Positions 1 to 11,012 of a stretch of DNA of 64,000 nt are shown piece after piece. The stretch comes from Fimicolochytrium jonesii (lineage: Eukaryota), in assembly GCF_025526975.1 (NCBI RefSeq), contig NW_026515670.1:434001-498000 (forward strand), written 5' to 3'. The notes beneath the pieces were generated by a model that was not told the origin of the DNA, did not search any database, and saw only the letters and a program-made list of their open reading frames with translations. Position numbers and translations under genes: made by a program. Numbering within the stretch: position 1 is the first letter of the stretch; every line of letters starts with the position of its first letter.

Positions 1-815
1 TCAGTACAACGATCACCTTAGTCCTTCTCAAGAGGCCGTGATTCGTCGGGCGCATCCGCTGCCCACGTTACTTCCACTCTACCTCAGAAGAAGAAGAACA
101 AATCCGAGCCTGGCGGCGCTAGATGCACCCCCTCTACCCAATCCTCATCTTCTGACGCAACCAAGAAGCCTCCCCAGTGCAAATACTGCCAACGGGATGG
201 CCACAAGTCGGAAAACTGCTTTACTTACAAAGCTCGCAAAGACATTTTGGACAAGAACGCGAAAACTAAGCAGGATGCACCCGCTGCAGCCTCCACGGCC
301 CATGCCATGCACGTTCAAGTCCACCCAGCCAACCACGACATCCGCATCTTCAAGGCAAACGTGGATTCCGGCCGTACGGATCACATGACCCCCTATATTG
401 AGGATCTAGATCCATCCTCTCTTCAAGACTACCAACGCCTTATTGGACTCGTGGATTCGACTACCATCACCTCTCAAAACAAGGGTACCGTACTTATCCA
501 ACCTATGTCCGGCGGCAACGTTCTCGCTCTACGCGACGTGTTATTGGTTCCTAGTCTTGTCAAGCCGCTTATATCCGTTGCTCAATGCACTGATAACGGC
601 GTTACCGTCTCCTTTCACCCCACCGACGTTGTGATGTGGACTACCTTCCACACTGGTTGTTTAACTGATGTTCATATACAATAACTACTTTGCTGTAAGT
701 TATTGTAGACGGACTGGGTGTTTGCCTACCCAATGCACAAGCACTGGTCGCTTCCATAACCCCCCAACTTCTGCATCAACGTCTTGGACACGCTGGAAAC
801 CACATTCTCGCGGTT

Positions 816-2738
816 ATGCCTAAGATAGTAGAGGATTGGCCATCAGTGGGAGCTACGCCGGACTCCGGCGCACGCTGCGATCCATGCGCTCTCGGCAAAG
901 CTACCCGCCTTACCTTCCCTAAATCGACATCCCCGCCACACAAACCCGGTGAGCTGATACACAGCGATTTACAAGGTCCATTTTGGATCTGCGGCATCGA
1001 CGGAGAGCGCTACAGTCTCGCGTTCCTCGACGACGGCTCCGATTTCGCCCATACCTACTCCATCAAGGACAAGGAGGCATCCACTATTAGCGCAAGGTTT
1101 ATGATCTTTCATAAGTGGCTCAAGAATCAAACTGGCGTCTCCCTCAAGATCCTACGTACGGATAGGGGAGGAGAATACACTGGCGAGCTCACGTCGTACC
1201 TGCACAACAATGGGACTACCCATGAGTCCACTGTCGCGTATTCTAGTCAACAAAACAGGAAAGCAGAGCGCCTCAATTGGACGTTGCTGGACCGCATACG
1301 CGCCATCTTCGCGGACACTCACCTTCCCCGCAAGCTCTGGCCGTACATTCTGGAGGCTGCCTCTTACCTGCACAACCTCTACCCGCATTCAGTTGCATCC
1401 CCGGACGCCAAATCGCGCTCCGAATTCCTTACCGGTCGCCGCCCAAGCATCGCGCATCTGCACAAGCTCGGATGTCTCACGTACACTGTCGTTCCACCCA
1501 AGGGCCGGGACAAGATGGCAAATCGTGCTACCAAGACATACCTAGTGGGCTATGCTCACCAACAAGGCACCAAAGGGTATTATGTATGGGATCCAGTACG
1601 CGACACTGTCGCCGTCTCACGTGACGTTCGTTTCAACAAATCTACTGGGCTCCCTGAGCACCTTTGTCAAGATCCTGCTCTCCTAGATCTTCTAGAAGAT
1701 GCTCAAACCTCGCAAGAGGAGTTCCCTATCAAACACATCCTTTCTGAACGTCAGCGCCGCGGCAAGAACGTCCAAAAGGAATACCTTGTCAAGTGGGTTG
1801 GTTTTACTACCCCTACCTGGCAAAGATCCGCAGAAACCGCGCGCAGACTGGGTATACCTGCTGCGCAAGGGAACCAACTCACAATCAGCAATGTTACCTA
1901 TATCGACGGTTTACTTGAACAATTTGGACAACAAAACGCTACCCCGGTCTCCACGCCGTGCGCCGACTCTGCGCGTACCCAACCAGCCTCCGCAAGCCCC
2001 CCTTTTCCTAACAAGCTTCTCTACCAGGAAGCAGTAAGGGCCCTCACGTGGGCATCCATTACCTGGCGCTGGGATATTTCAACTGCCGTCGGCTTCGTCG
2101 CACGTCAAGTCTCAGCTCCTAGTCAAGCCGACTGGAATGATGTACTTCGCATCATGCGCTACCTTAAAGGTACCCGCACCTTCGAGCTTACCTACAAGTC
2201 CGTTCATTCAGATCAAGCTGGGCTTCGCGTCTATAGAGACGCATCCTACGCAGATGATGTCAACGACCGCAAATCTACCGCGGGCATCGCCAGCTTCTTC
2301 AACGGCCAGCTTATCTACTGGAAAAGCACCAAGCAGAAGTGCGTAGCTCTCAGCTCCACGGAAGCTGAGTATATTGCCGCAGCCCTCGGTTACAACAAGG
2401 TCTTCTGGCTCCGCTCGATTATCGCGGAGGTCTGCGGCGACGAATACGGCAACATCAAGGACCCCACGCCGATCCACATCGACAATCAGAGCCCCCGCGA
2501 GATTGTCAACCCCACGGCTATTACTCAACGCTCCAAACACATCGACGTACGCTACCACAAGCTACGCGACGGCGTGGCAAAGAAAGACGTCATACTCCTC
2601 GACACCGCGACGCAGGAACAACTGGCTGATTACTTCACAAAGCCTTTTCCTCCCGAGACAGATACGAAATTTATTCAAGCAATTGAAGAAGGATGTGTCG
2701 CTAGCAATAGACAGCCGGTGACAACTACGTCCAAATGA
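816..2738 (+). pseudogene. copia pol remnant: integrase, chromodomain, truncated RT, RNase H
   Basis: Motifs IHSDLQGP, LRTDRGGEY, SSQQNRKAER (integrase); FPIKHIL...YLVKWVGF..PTW (chromodomain); DASYADD..DRKST, ALSSTEAEY, RSKHIDVRYH (RNase H). The RT core with YVDD is missing, with a deletion junction near 1823-1845. Confidence 0.9.
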
Positions 2739-2796
2739 GACATGCAGAACACCCATACCGGGATCACTTCTGGGCACTATATATGACTTCGGCAGC

Positions 2797-3450
2797 TTAA
2801 CCCGCCACCGTAATAGCCGCCGCTGCCCCGTCACCGGGGGCTCCACCGGCTCCGGCTCCGCTTCCACCAGGCGGACCCCCTAAACCACCTCCCCCGCCGT
2901 TTCTGTCACTGTCTCCATCATCACTCGAAGACCAATCATCCATGTGCTTTCGCAAGTACTGGAGTTGCTTCATCATCTTGTCTCGCTCCCGTCTCTTGGC
3001 CGCATCACTGCGGCGCTTCGCCTCTTTCATCTTCTCCTTTGTTATGCCGCCTTTTCCTTTATATCGCGACTCCGAGACTGCCTTACATCCAAGGTAGTCT
3101 GCCTCTTCCATCAATGCCTCGAACGACCCCTTCTTTCGGTTCGATCGATCCAGTTTCGCCTTCGTAAACGCCAGGTGCTTCGCGAGGTTCTCATGGTTAT
3201 CCTTGCGGTACCTCCACGTCGATACCTCCGTTGCCAATCGAAGAGCTTCTCTAACTTGGGCTTTCGACATCGAAGAGTCGCCTGCGGACGCTGCGGACGA
3301 TGCGCGCGTAGAGCGCGTTGTCGGTCATGAGGGTCCCGGCGGAGGTGCAGCTGGAGCGGCTACTGGCCTCACCATCTTACGGGCCGTTTGCTTCTTCTTG
3401 CCGTCGCCGCTCTTCTTGCCACTCCCGCCGTTCTTGCCTCCGATTGCCAT
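2797..3450 (-). pseudogene. antisense accessory ORF in the copia 3' region, copy 1 (217 codons, one internal TGA)
   Basis: ATG at 3450 runs in frame to TAA at 2797 with a single TGA at 3327-3325 (CGA in copy 2). TATAAAA lies on the minus strand at 3549-3543. A homologous copy is at 11466-12044. Confidence 0.7.
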
Positions 3451-3695
3451 TTTTTTGCGTATTGTGTGGTAGTCTGGGATATGGTAGTTGAGTATGGGAA
3501 CGTTGTTCTTACCTCTCTGGGGCGACTGACAGCTGTCTCTTGTTTTATACTTGCGGCGATTTCCTCTTCTTTCATTTTACTCTTTCATTTCTTTCATTTT
3601 TAGTCATAGCTATTCACCCGACGTCCGCCCGCTTTTCGCGTACGGCCGCACTATTGTACTCATTGTTTGTTTTATCTTTCACTTAGATAGACTCA

Positions 3696-3883
3696 TGTCA
3701 CCTTAGGGTAGGGCATGAGATCACGTGTAGCATAGATTATATTGGAGTCCTACGCTCTGGGGTTACTCCCGAAGGGAAGAAAAGCCTTCGGGCGGCGCCC
3801 CAGGAGGTAGAAACTCTGGAATTCTTTCAATACATCGAGCGGAGACCGAGCTAGCGTCTGGCAACGGACCTAGCATTATTACA
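3696..3883 (+). repeat. 5' LTR of gypsy element A (5'-truncated)
   Basis: Aligns with 11266-11465, ends in ...TTACA, lacks the first 19 bp and has an internal deletion of about 12-13 bp. Confidence 0.9.
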
Positions 3884-3896
3884 TGGTAGCACCACC
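3884..3896 (+). promoter_or_regulatory. primer-binding site, probably initiator tRNA-Met
   Basis: TGGTAGCACCACC immediately follows the LTR-terminal CA. TGGTAGC is complementary to the usual 3' end of eukaryotic initiator tRNA-Met. Confidence 0.7.
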
Positions 3897-3922
3897 CTTC
3901 AAGATCTGTCTGGCAACCTACG

Positions 3923-5435
3923 ATGAGCAACTCTCAGGCGGGTGCTAATACCGCCGTCAGCTACGCGATAGTTAACAATGACCGCTTAGAGCTTGATCCA
4001 TTTGAACACCCGCATCGAAGGGCGCAACGGCTCGACGGCGACCAACGCCAAGGCAACGGCCCCGCAGAGCGTAACCGCCCCTTGCACAGGCGCAGGGGGT
4101 CACCCCCGTGGTCGCCACCTGGAAGGAGGCACTCCAGCTCACGCTCAGCGCGTCGACGTCGAAGCCCGGACCCCCGACGCCGGAATCGGACGCCAGAGCA
4201 GTACAGGCGCGGACGACGAGCTCGCAGGAGCATCTTCCCACCCCGTCGAAGGAGTCGCTCAGCAAGCCGCCACCACAGCCGCTCCCCGGCAAGGACCCGA
4301 AGCCGCTCCCCCATGCGGCGCAGGAGCCGTACCCCAGCCCGACAAGAGAACAGACAGGCAACAATCCTCCAAATCCTAGCCCAGCTGGCCAACACCAACG
4401 CCCAACTCCAGCAGCAATTCGAGCGCCTGGAGATGGACCGTCCAGATGACGGCCCCTTTGCTGGAGTACGGGTTAGCCGCGAGGACCATTTGGCGGCTGG
4501 CGAAGAGCGTAAGCGCAAGGCGGCCGCGGAGAAGGAGTTTCGAACCACCTTGGCTAAGATGCTGACCAAGATCGACGGTAAGCCTAACGGTAAAGACATG
4601 GTTGCCAAACTGGATGAGTTCGTCGACGCCCACCTACGCTATCTGGAAGCCACCGAATTCAGAACGGAGGACGGGGACGTGAAACACTTCGTAGCCCACT
4701 TGTCGGGAGACGCCGCTGAGCGGTGGAAGCTCGAGGCTCGCTTCAGAGAGCCTCCCGCCACCCGGGAACGGTTCCTGAAGGCACTCAGGCGCAGGTTCTA
4801 CCCCGCCAACCTCCGTAATTCGGTTGAGGCGAAACTGGCCGCGCTGAAGTTCAAAGACAGCATGTCCCACTACGTTTCGGCCTTCAACGCACTGACCACA
4901 CAGATTGCTATGCTCCCCAAAAAGGAACATCTTACGCCGGGACAGAAACGTGAGTACTTCCTGACCTTCCACCAGGTCGGACGTTGCATCCGTGAGTAGT
5001 GTTACCAGTTCATCCTACAAGAGGGCAATGAGGACGAAGACATCCCCATCAAGACCCTTCAGGAAGCCGCCCAGAGGGCCTTCCGCATCAGGGGTTATGC
5101 CGACCGGATCGCCCGCATTTTGGAAGACAGCAAACGGGTCCAACCCGCTAAGGCCACTCCGGCCCAGGCTCGCGAAGCGCGATACGCCCCGCACCTTCAA
5201 CTCCAACTGAGTACCCCTTGGGAAGGGGAGGAAAACTCAGCAAGGCGAATGTCACACTTGCGGCAGCAAGGACCACTACGCCCGAGAGTGCCCTAAGAAC
5301 CCGGACCGTCTCAAGATCTCGGCGGCGCCCGCCAAGGCCTTCGATGATGACAACAAGGAGTTCCATGTGGCCGCGGAGGAACCCCCAAGCCCCGCGTACT
5401 CCATCAAAAGTGAGGATTTTCTCCCCAGGGCCTGA
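3923..5435 (+). pseudogene. gag of gypsy element A (RS-rich N-terminus, retrotrans_gag, CCHC knuckle), with stops
   Basis: 358-aa ORF with LSGDAAERW...FLKALRRRF. It continues past stops to CHTCGSKDHYARECP (~5250-5295) and ends at TGA 5433-5435. Confidence 0.85.
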
Positions 5436-5830
5436 CCGCCTGCAGGGTCTCAGCGTCCACACAACCCGAGGGACCTACCGGACCCCGACTGCAGGACACC
5501 ATTCCGGAATAACGCCCCGGGCCCGTCACCGACAAGCACACGTTCATGGTTCATGGACGTGTTGGCGGTATCTTCGGCCGCATCCTCATAGACACCGGTT
5601 GCAATACCATGCTCGTCAGCGACTCAGTCGCACAACGCCCTGATCTTAACACGTACCAGTGTCCCACAACCCTTGAGGTGCGCTGGGGTGACAAAGCCGG
5701 ATCATATGGCGCCACGCGGATGATTTGCGCCGACCTCTCCGTCTTCATGGAGGAACGAATACCTCATAAGACCCCTCCGGTCCCGTTTGTCGTGGCCCCG
5801 ATCCGTGCGGATGTTATCCTAGGGCTACCC

Positions 5831-6359
5831 TGTTATGAATGGGCGGAGCCGATGGAAATAGAGGCGACTTGTGGTGCAGGTTGTTGACAGGTAATGGTAT
5901 TCAGACCGAAACAAGAACTGGAACAAGACTAGGAAGAACTGGTGTTGATCTGCTGGGGGATCAGGAAGTGGGGAGCTCAGGGAGGCGGCTATTTATGTTT
6001 TTCTGGGAAGGCTGGGGAAGCGTGGGGAAGCAGAAGGGTACGGAATGAGAGGGAAGCCAAGAGAAGCGCCAAGGTTGGGGAAGCATAGAAACAGAAGACT
6101 GGGGATGGGGTGGCTACGCTGAGGCTGTGGGCGGGTACGTGGGGAAGTATGGAGAAGGGTTTGTAAGCGCCGAGTGTTGGGAGGTGTGGCTACGTGCGGC
6201 TGCGTGGAGAAATGAAGGCAGTGGCAGGTGTGGGGTAGCGCGGCTGCGTGCGGCTGCGAGGTTTGGCAGATGTCAGGTTTTGACAGGGAATTGACATTGA
6301 CTGACTGTTGGGATGCTGTCATGAGGTAAGCGCATGGTATGGACGCGTCGTCCATAACA
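5831..6359 (-). mobile_element. solo LTR related to gypsy element B, inserted in the protease of element A
   Basis: Ends are TGTTATGA...CCATAACA with a perfect 5-bp TSD TACCC (5826-5830 and 6360-6364). It shares blocks with the LTR at 23753-24290 (GAAGAACTGGTGTTGATCTGCTGGGG; GCGTCGTCCATAACA). Removing it rejoins protease DVILGLP|YILDL. Confidence 0.93.
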
Positions 6360-7977
6360 TACCCTACATCTTGGACCTTGCCCTCATACGCTTATGGCGC
6401 GACAATGGGTTCCCGGCGCTTCAATTTGAGGCTAACGCAACCGTACTAACTTTCCGAGCTAAACCCTCCACCCGTCGATGGCAGCAACCCAGCGCTTGCA
6501 CGGCCCGGTTACTCGAACCTCATACGGCCCTCGCCCCCGCCGTTTCTACCCCAAGCGAGCGGCCTTAAATGAGGAGAGCTTCCTCACGGCCAAACAATTC
6601 AAGCGAGTAATCAAGAGGGATAAGACCACCGAGGTCTATACCGCATGGGTCTCACGCACGGACACGGATGTGGACCTGGCCACACACAACACCCTTGCGG
6701 ACGTCGCCGAAGCCGAGGCCAACTTTGTTCGCACGATAGAGGCGAAGAAACGTGCGATCCTAGCGGACCGAAAGGCAACGGCCACCCCCCCCGGATACCA
6801 CCCCGGAGGACCCACTCCTGTCGGTTGCCGCCGACCACCCTCTTTGCCCCACGTTGGAACAGTTTACAGATACCCTCTTCACCGAACAGACCGGCCTGCC
6901 GCCGGACCGCGGCGACGACAACTTCAGCATCAATCTGAAGCCCAGCTCCAAGCCTGTCATGCTCCCACTCCGCCACTTGGCCCCCGACGCACTCAACAAG
7001 CTACGGCCGCAACTCGAGCGCCTATCATCCCGTGGGTGGATCTCCCACTCTAAGAGCCCCTGGGGGGCACCCGTACTGTTTGCCCCAAAGAAGGACGGTG
7101 GCCTCCGCTGCTGCATCGACTACCGGGCCCTCAACAAGATGACCCATAAGGACGCCACGCCCCTCCCGAACCTCAACGAGCTTCGGGACCGCCTCGTCGG
7201 CATGAAGGTCTTCACCGCTATCAACATCCGCGATGCCTACCACTGCATCCTCATTCGGGAGGAAGACCGTGAGAAGACTGCCTTCCGGACGCGCTTCGGC
7301 CACTTCCAGTACAACGTATTACCCTTTGGGCTGACAAACACACCCAGGACGTTCCAACGCCTCACGAACAAACTCCTGGGTGACAAGTACGATTCATACC
7401 TCATCTCTTACCTCGATGACATCCTCATTTTCAGTCCCAACATGGACTCACACATCGGGCATGTCACTGAAGTGCTCAAGACCCTCTCGGCTCACCGCCT
7501 TCACGTGAAACCGTCCAAATGGCAGTGGGCAGTGGACCAGGTCAAGTTCTGCGGGCACATGGCCAGTAAGGACGGCCTTTCCATCGCCCTATCCAAGGTC
7601 GAGGCTGTCCGCGCTTGACCCGAACCCACCAGCGCCCTCGAGCTCCTCTCCTTCATGGGGCTAGTCAACTTTGTCAAGGAATACATTCCGCATTATGCTG
7701 ACACAGCCCTCCCACTGACCAACCTTCAATCCGGCACCCGCCCGTGGCAGTGGGGCGCCGAGAAACAAGCAGCCTTCGACACCATCAAGGCGCGCGTCAC
7801 CGATGCCCCTTCCCTGGCGTTCTTCGACCGTGATAAGTTCCCTACGTCTTCTCCGACGCGTCGGGCTTCGCCGTAGGGGGCTGGATCGGTCAGGGCACGG
7901 ACTGTCAAGGGAATCGTCTCGATCGCTCGGAACGCCCTGGAGAGGTGGTACAGTCACAGAGAGAAGAGAAAAATGTT

Positions 7978-8024
7978 TGGGGAAGGTAGGACTCAAACCC
8001 ACGCCACCTGGGTGAGAGCCAGGT
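7978..8024 (-). pseudogene. 3' half of a tRNA-Glu(CTC)-like sequence (tRNA pseudogene or SINE fragment)
   Basis: Minus strand: anticodon arm CCTGG-CTCTCAC-CCAGG, variable loop TGGC, T-arm GTGGG-TTTGAGT-CCTAC, 3' acceptor strand CTTCCCC-A, then a T5 run. The D-arm is absent. Confidence 0.65.
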
Positions 8025-9837
8025 GACTATCGAATACCTCCCCGGCGAGTTCAATCACATCGCCAACATCCTCAGCCGCACACCGCTGTACGCCCCAAAG
8101 TGCGCCAGCTGTCAGATGAAGGTCGAGGTGATCTCCATTGTAACCGGAACACCTATACCGCACATCACCGGCCGCCTCCCTACCGACGCCGAGTGGCTCA
8201 CTGCGCTTGACAATGACCAGTTCTGCAAGGACACCCTCGCCCACCTGCAGACCACCGCAACAAACCCCGATGACCCCTCTACCCTCTCGGGTTTTGCCCG
8301 CCGCCTCACGCGCGACGACCGCGGCTTCCTTTTGTACCATGGCCGCCGCTACGTCCCCGAGGGCCTTCGGGGCCCGCTCCTCCGGTTCTATCATGACTCC
8401 CTGGCCAACGGCGGCTACTCGGGTGTCCAGCGCACCGTCGCCAAACTCCTCGCGCTCTACTACTGGCCCCGCCTCAAGCGCGAGGTCCACCAGTACGTCC
8501 GAACTCGTCTCAACTGCGAACGCAACAACCAGGCCCCCAACTTCGGGCTCCTACGCAGCATTCCGGTCCCCGACAAGCGCTGGTGTTGCGTCGGCTTGGA
8601 CATCTACTTCCCCAAGACAAACTCGAAGGGGGGTGAAGTGGGAGACGAGTCCGTCATGGACAACGGAGCCGTCCTCATCCTGGTGGACTACTTATCCAGC
8701 CGCGTAATCCTCCTCAAGCCCCACGCCAAGGCGACGGCAAAGGAACTCGCCCGGCTGTTCTTCGACCAGGCCTTCCGCATCACGGGCATGCCCCACATGA
8801 TCATCAGCCATCGGGACACCAAATGGACCGGCGCCTTTTGGAAGCACCTCCTGAAGTGCGCCGGCGTAGAGCAGGAACTCTTGTCGGCACGACACCAACA
8901 GACCGACGGCAAGACAGAGAACGTCATCAAGACAATCAAGAAGATGATGGTCCCCTACCTGAACGACACCAGCTCGAACTGGCGTAAGATGCTTCCCCTC
9001 CTTGAGTACAACTACAACAGGACGCCCCAGACCTCCACGGGCATGTCCCCGTACGAGATCGACATCAGGTACATCCCAAAGGTACCCGACCAATGGGGTA
9101 CCAGCGACTCAACAGAGCAACTGAAACACGCCAATCGAAAGTGCATTGAGGAGCGCATGCAGCAACTGATCGAGGTAAGCCCCATCGTTCAGCACAGACT
9201 CCGAGAGGCCCAGAAGAGGCAGGCAAGATACTACGACAGAAACAAGAATACGGATGCGTCCGTAGTAGGCAACCAGGTCCTGCTGAACCGCGAAGGCATC
9301 CAGATCAAGAGTATCTTGGCCCGAAACCAGAAGCTGTCCGCGCTGTGGATCGGGCCCTTCACCGTCAGCGGAAAGGGGCCCCACCCGGACACCTACGAGC
9401 TGGAGCTCCTCCATGAGTTCAGTGGACTACACCCGGTGTTCCACGTCAACATCCTACGCAGGTACAACCCTCTGGAGAACGGCCCATACCGAAAAGTGGA
9501 CGCGCCACCCCCCCCCCCCCCCCGAGGAAGTCAACGGCAAACTCGAACACCGAGTTGGAGACATCCTCGATTCCAAGTGGGTACGCAACACCGAGATGTT
9601 CCTGGTCAAATGGGCCGGCTACGATGTGTCCCAGAACACCTGGGAGCCACTCCACCACGTCCGCGACACCTCAGCCCACAAGCGATATGTCCGAAAGCAA
9701 GCCGCCAAGCGCCAGGAGACTCGGGAGACCAAGGGGAAGGAGAGAGCGGCAGTCTCTCGTCGCTGTAAACATATCTGAACCTTGTACATACATCAAAACA
9801 GAGTTTCTACTGTCCGAAATGATCATTACCATTGCGG

Positions 9838-10077
9838 ACCCATGCGGGCGGGTACTTAGTACCAAGGCCTATGATGCAGGCGGTCACGTAGTACAAGGGC
9901 CTATGAGGCGGGCGGGTACGAGGTACCAGGGCCTATGCGAGCGGGCAAGCGAGGTGTCAGGGCTCATGCGGGCGGGTATGCAATACCAAGGCCCAAGATC
10001 CGGGCGGGTACAAGGTACCATGGCCTATGCAAGCGGGTGCGAGGCACCAGGGCTCAGGACGATCGGTGAAGTACCAA
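9838..10077 (+). repeat. degenerate tandem repeat, about 8 units of 27-32 bp
   Basis: Consensus close to GGGCCTATGCGGGCGGGTACNAGGTACCA, repeated head to tail between the pol stop and the end of the antisense gene. Confidence 0.8.
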
Positions 10078-10144
10078 AGGGAAACGCTTCAAGGAGATCA
10101 AATTCAACAAAACATATACAAGAAAGAAGAACGACGACGCCAGG

Positions 10145-10902
10145 CTAAATACCAGCCTGTTTGGCAAAAGACCATTGGCAACGTGTGCCGTGGCAGGCGG
10201 CCCCCATGCCACAACGCCGCGGGACGAACTGCTGGACGTTCATCTGGCTAAAGGGAGCGCGTCACGTCAACGGCGGGACCTGTCAAAGATTCACGACTGT
10301 TGTACTTACGCGCAGACATGCCCCATACAATTGATGTGGTCGCAGGGCAAGACCTGCACGTCCTGGGCCAGAGAATTGCAGTCGGGCCACACACAGGTGC
10401 AGGGTAGCCCCTGGCAGAAGAGCGGCGTTTCGCACTCCTCCTCAAAACTGTCAACGTAGCCGCACGTAAACCCACGGACGCGCGTGTCGGTCTGTCGGAA
10501 AGAGACGTGAGCTGTCAGTCACCTCACGGGAACCACCCATAACATGCGGTTCCTTACGGTGTCATCACAGAGCGGGAGGATGCAAGGCCGGCATATAACG
10601 TGCTGGCACGCTGAGAGGAACATCTTGCGGGGGCCAAACGTGTTGCAGTTCCAACACGTAGGTCGGGCCGGTGGAACGGGGGCTCCGGGGTACTGTCCGA
10701 GTGCACCTCAGGGGTGTCCTGAGATAGAATTGGTCAAACCACGTAACTTCGGTCAATTGGGTACCCTCCGTAGACTCACCACTTGCTGTCGCTTGAGAGC
10801 CTTCTTTAGGCTGTCCCCTTTGGTGGGGCCCTCGCCTACTCGCTTCTTGCCCGATGATGGGCTGGCAGCGGCAGGCTTGGCTGGAGGAGCTACGCTGGCC
10901 AT
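10145..10902 (-). CDS. antisense 4-exon gene inside gypsy element A encoding a ~189-aa protein with two RING-like zinc fingers (possibly frameshifted)
   Basis: Exons 10902-10780, 10718-10558, 10491-10310, 10247-10145. Introns are 61, 66 and 62 nt with GTGAGT/GTAAGG/GTAAGT donors and YAG acceptors. Motifs CWNC-x12-CQHVICRPC and CVWPDC-x11-CDHINCMGH. The model needs +1 nt in the C5 run at 10682-10678, or an alternative acceptor at 10693. Confidence 0.75.
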
Positions 10903-11004
10903 GATGAAGATGGGAACGGCGACGGTGAGAGGTTTACGAGATTGCGAGCAAGAAATGTAAGTCCGAGGACTGGTGGGAAGGTGCCGCAGGGACCACTGCC
11001 TTCC

Positions 11005-11012
11005 TTTTTATA
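11005..11012 (-). promoter_or_regulatory. TATA box of the antisense RING gene
   Basis: GCATATAAAAAGG on the minus strand, about 100 nt upstream of ATG 10902. Confidence 0.6.

Larger units (their letters stand above)
1..3695 (+). mobile_element. Ty1/copia LTR retrotransposon, degenerate, 5' part outside the window
   Basis: Gag CCHC knuckle CKYCQRDGHKSENC (~177-218), protease VDSGRTDHMTP, GAG-pre-integrase (LLHQRLGH...CDPC), rve integrase, RT C-terminal part and RNase H occur in copia order (IN before RT). The 3' region 2873-3695 is repeated at 11466-12289, where it runs into a PPT and LTR. Assigning 2739-3695 to this same element is inferred. Confidence 0.88.
5414..9778 (+). pseudogene. pol of gypsy element A (PR, RT, disrupted RNase H, integrase, chromodomain)
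   Basis: LIDTGC and DVILGLP (protease); SPWGAPVLF, DYRALN, LPFGL, YLDDILI (RT); HQQTDGKTE (IN); WIGPF (GPY/F); FLVKWAGY...NTWEP (chromodomain, shifted at the C-run 9508-9523). Multiple stops and frameshifts. Confidence 0.92.

Noticed and set aside
2685..2796. Possible PPT (GAAGAAGGATG) and LTR start (TGTCG) at the end of copia pol
   Set aside because: It overlaps the open pol frame, has no partner LTR or CA end, and a better PPT and LTR occur at 12295-12566. It cannot be fully excluded, and if real the antisense ORF would belong to a different copia.
9838..10077. CRISPR-like array
   Set aside because: The units are degenerate and abut with no unique spacers; the context is eukaryotic with no cas genes.
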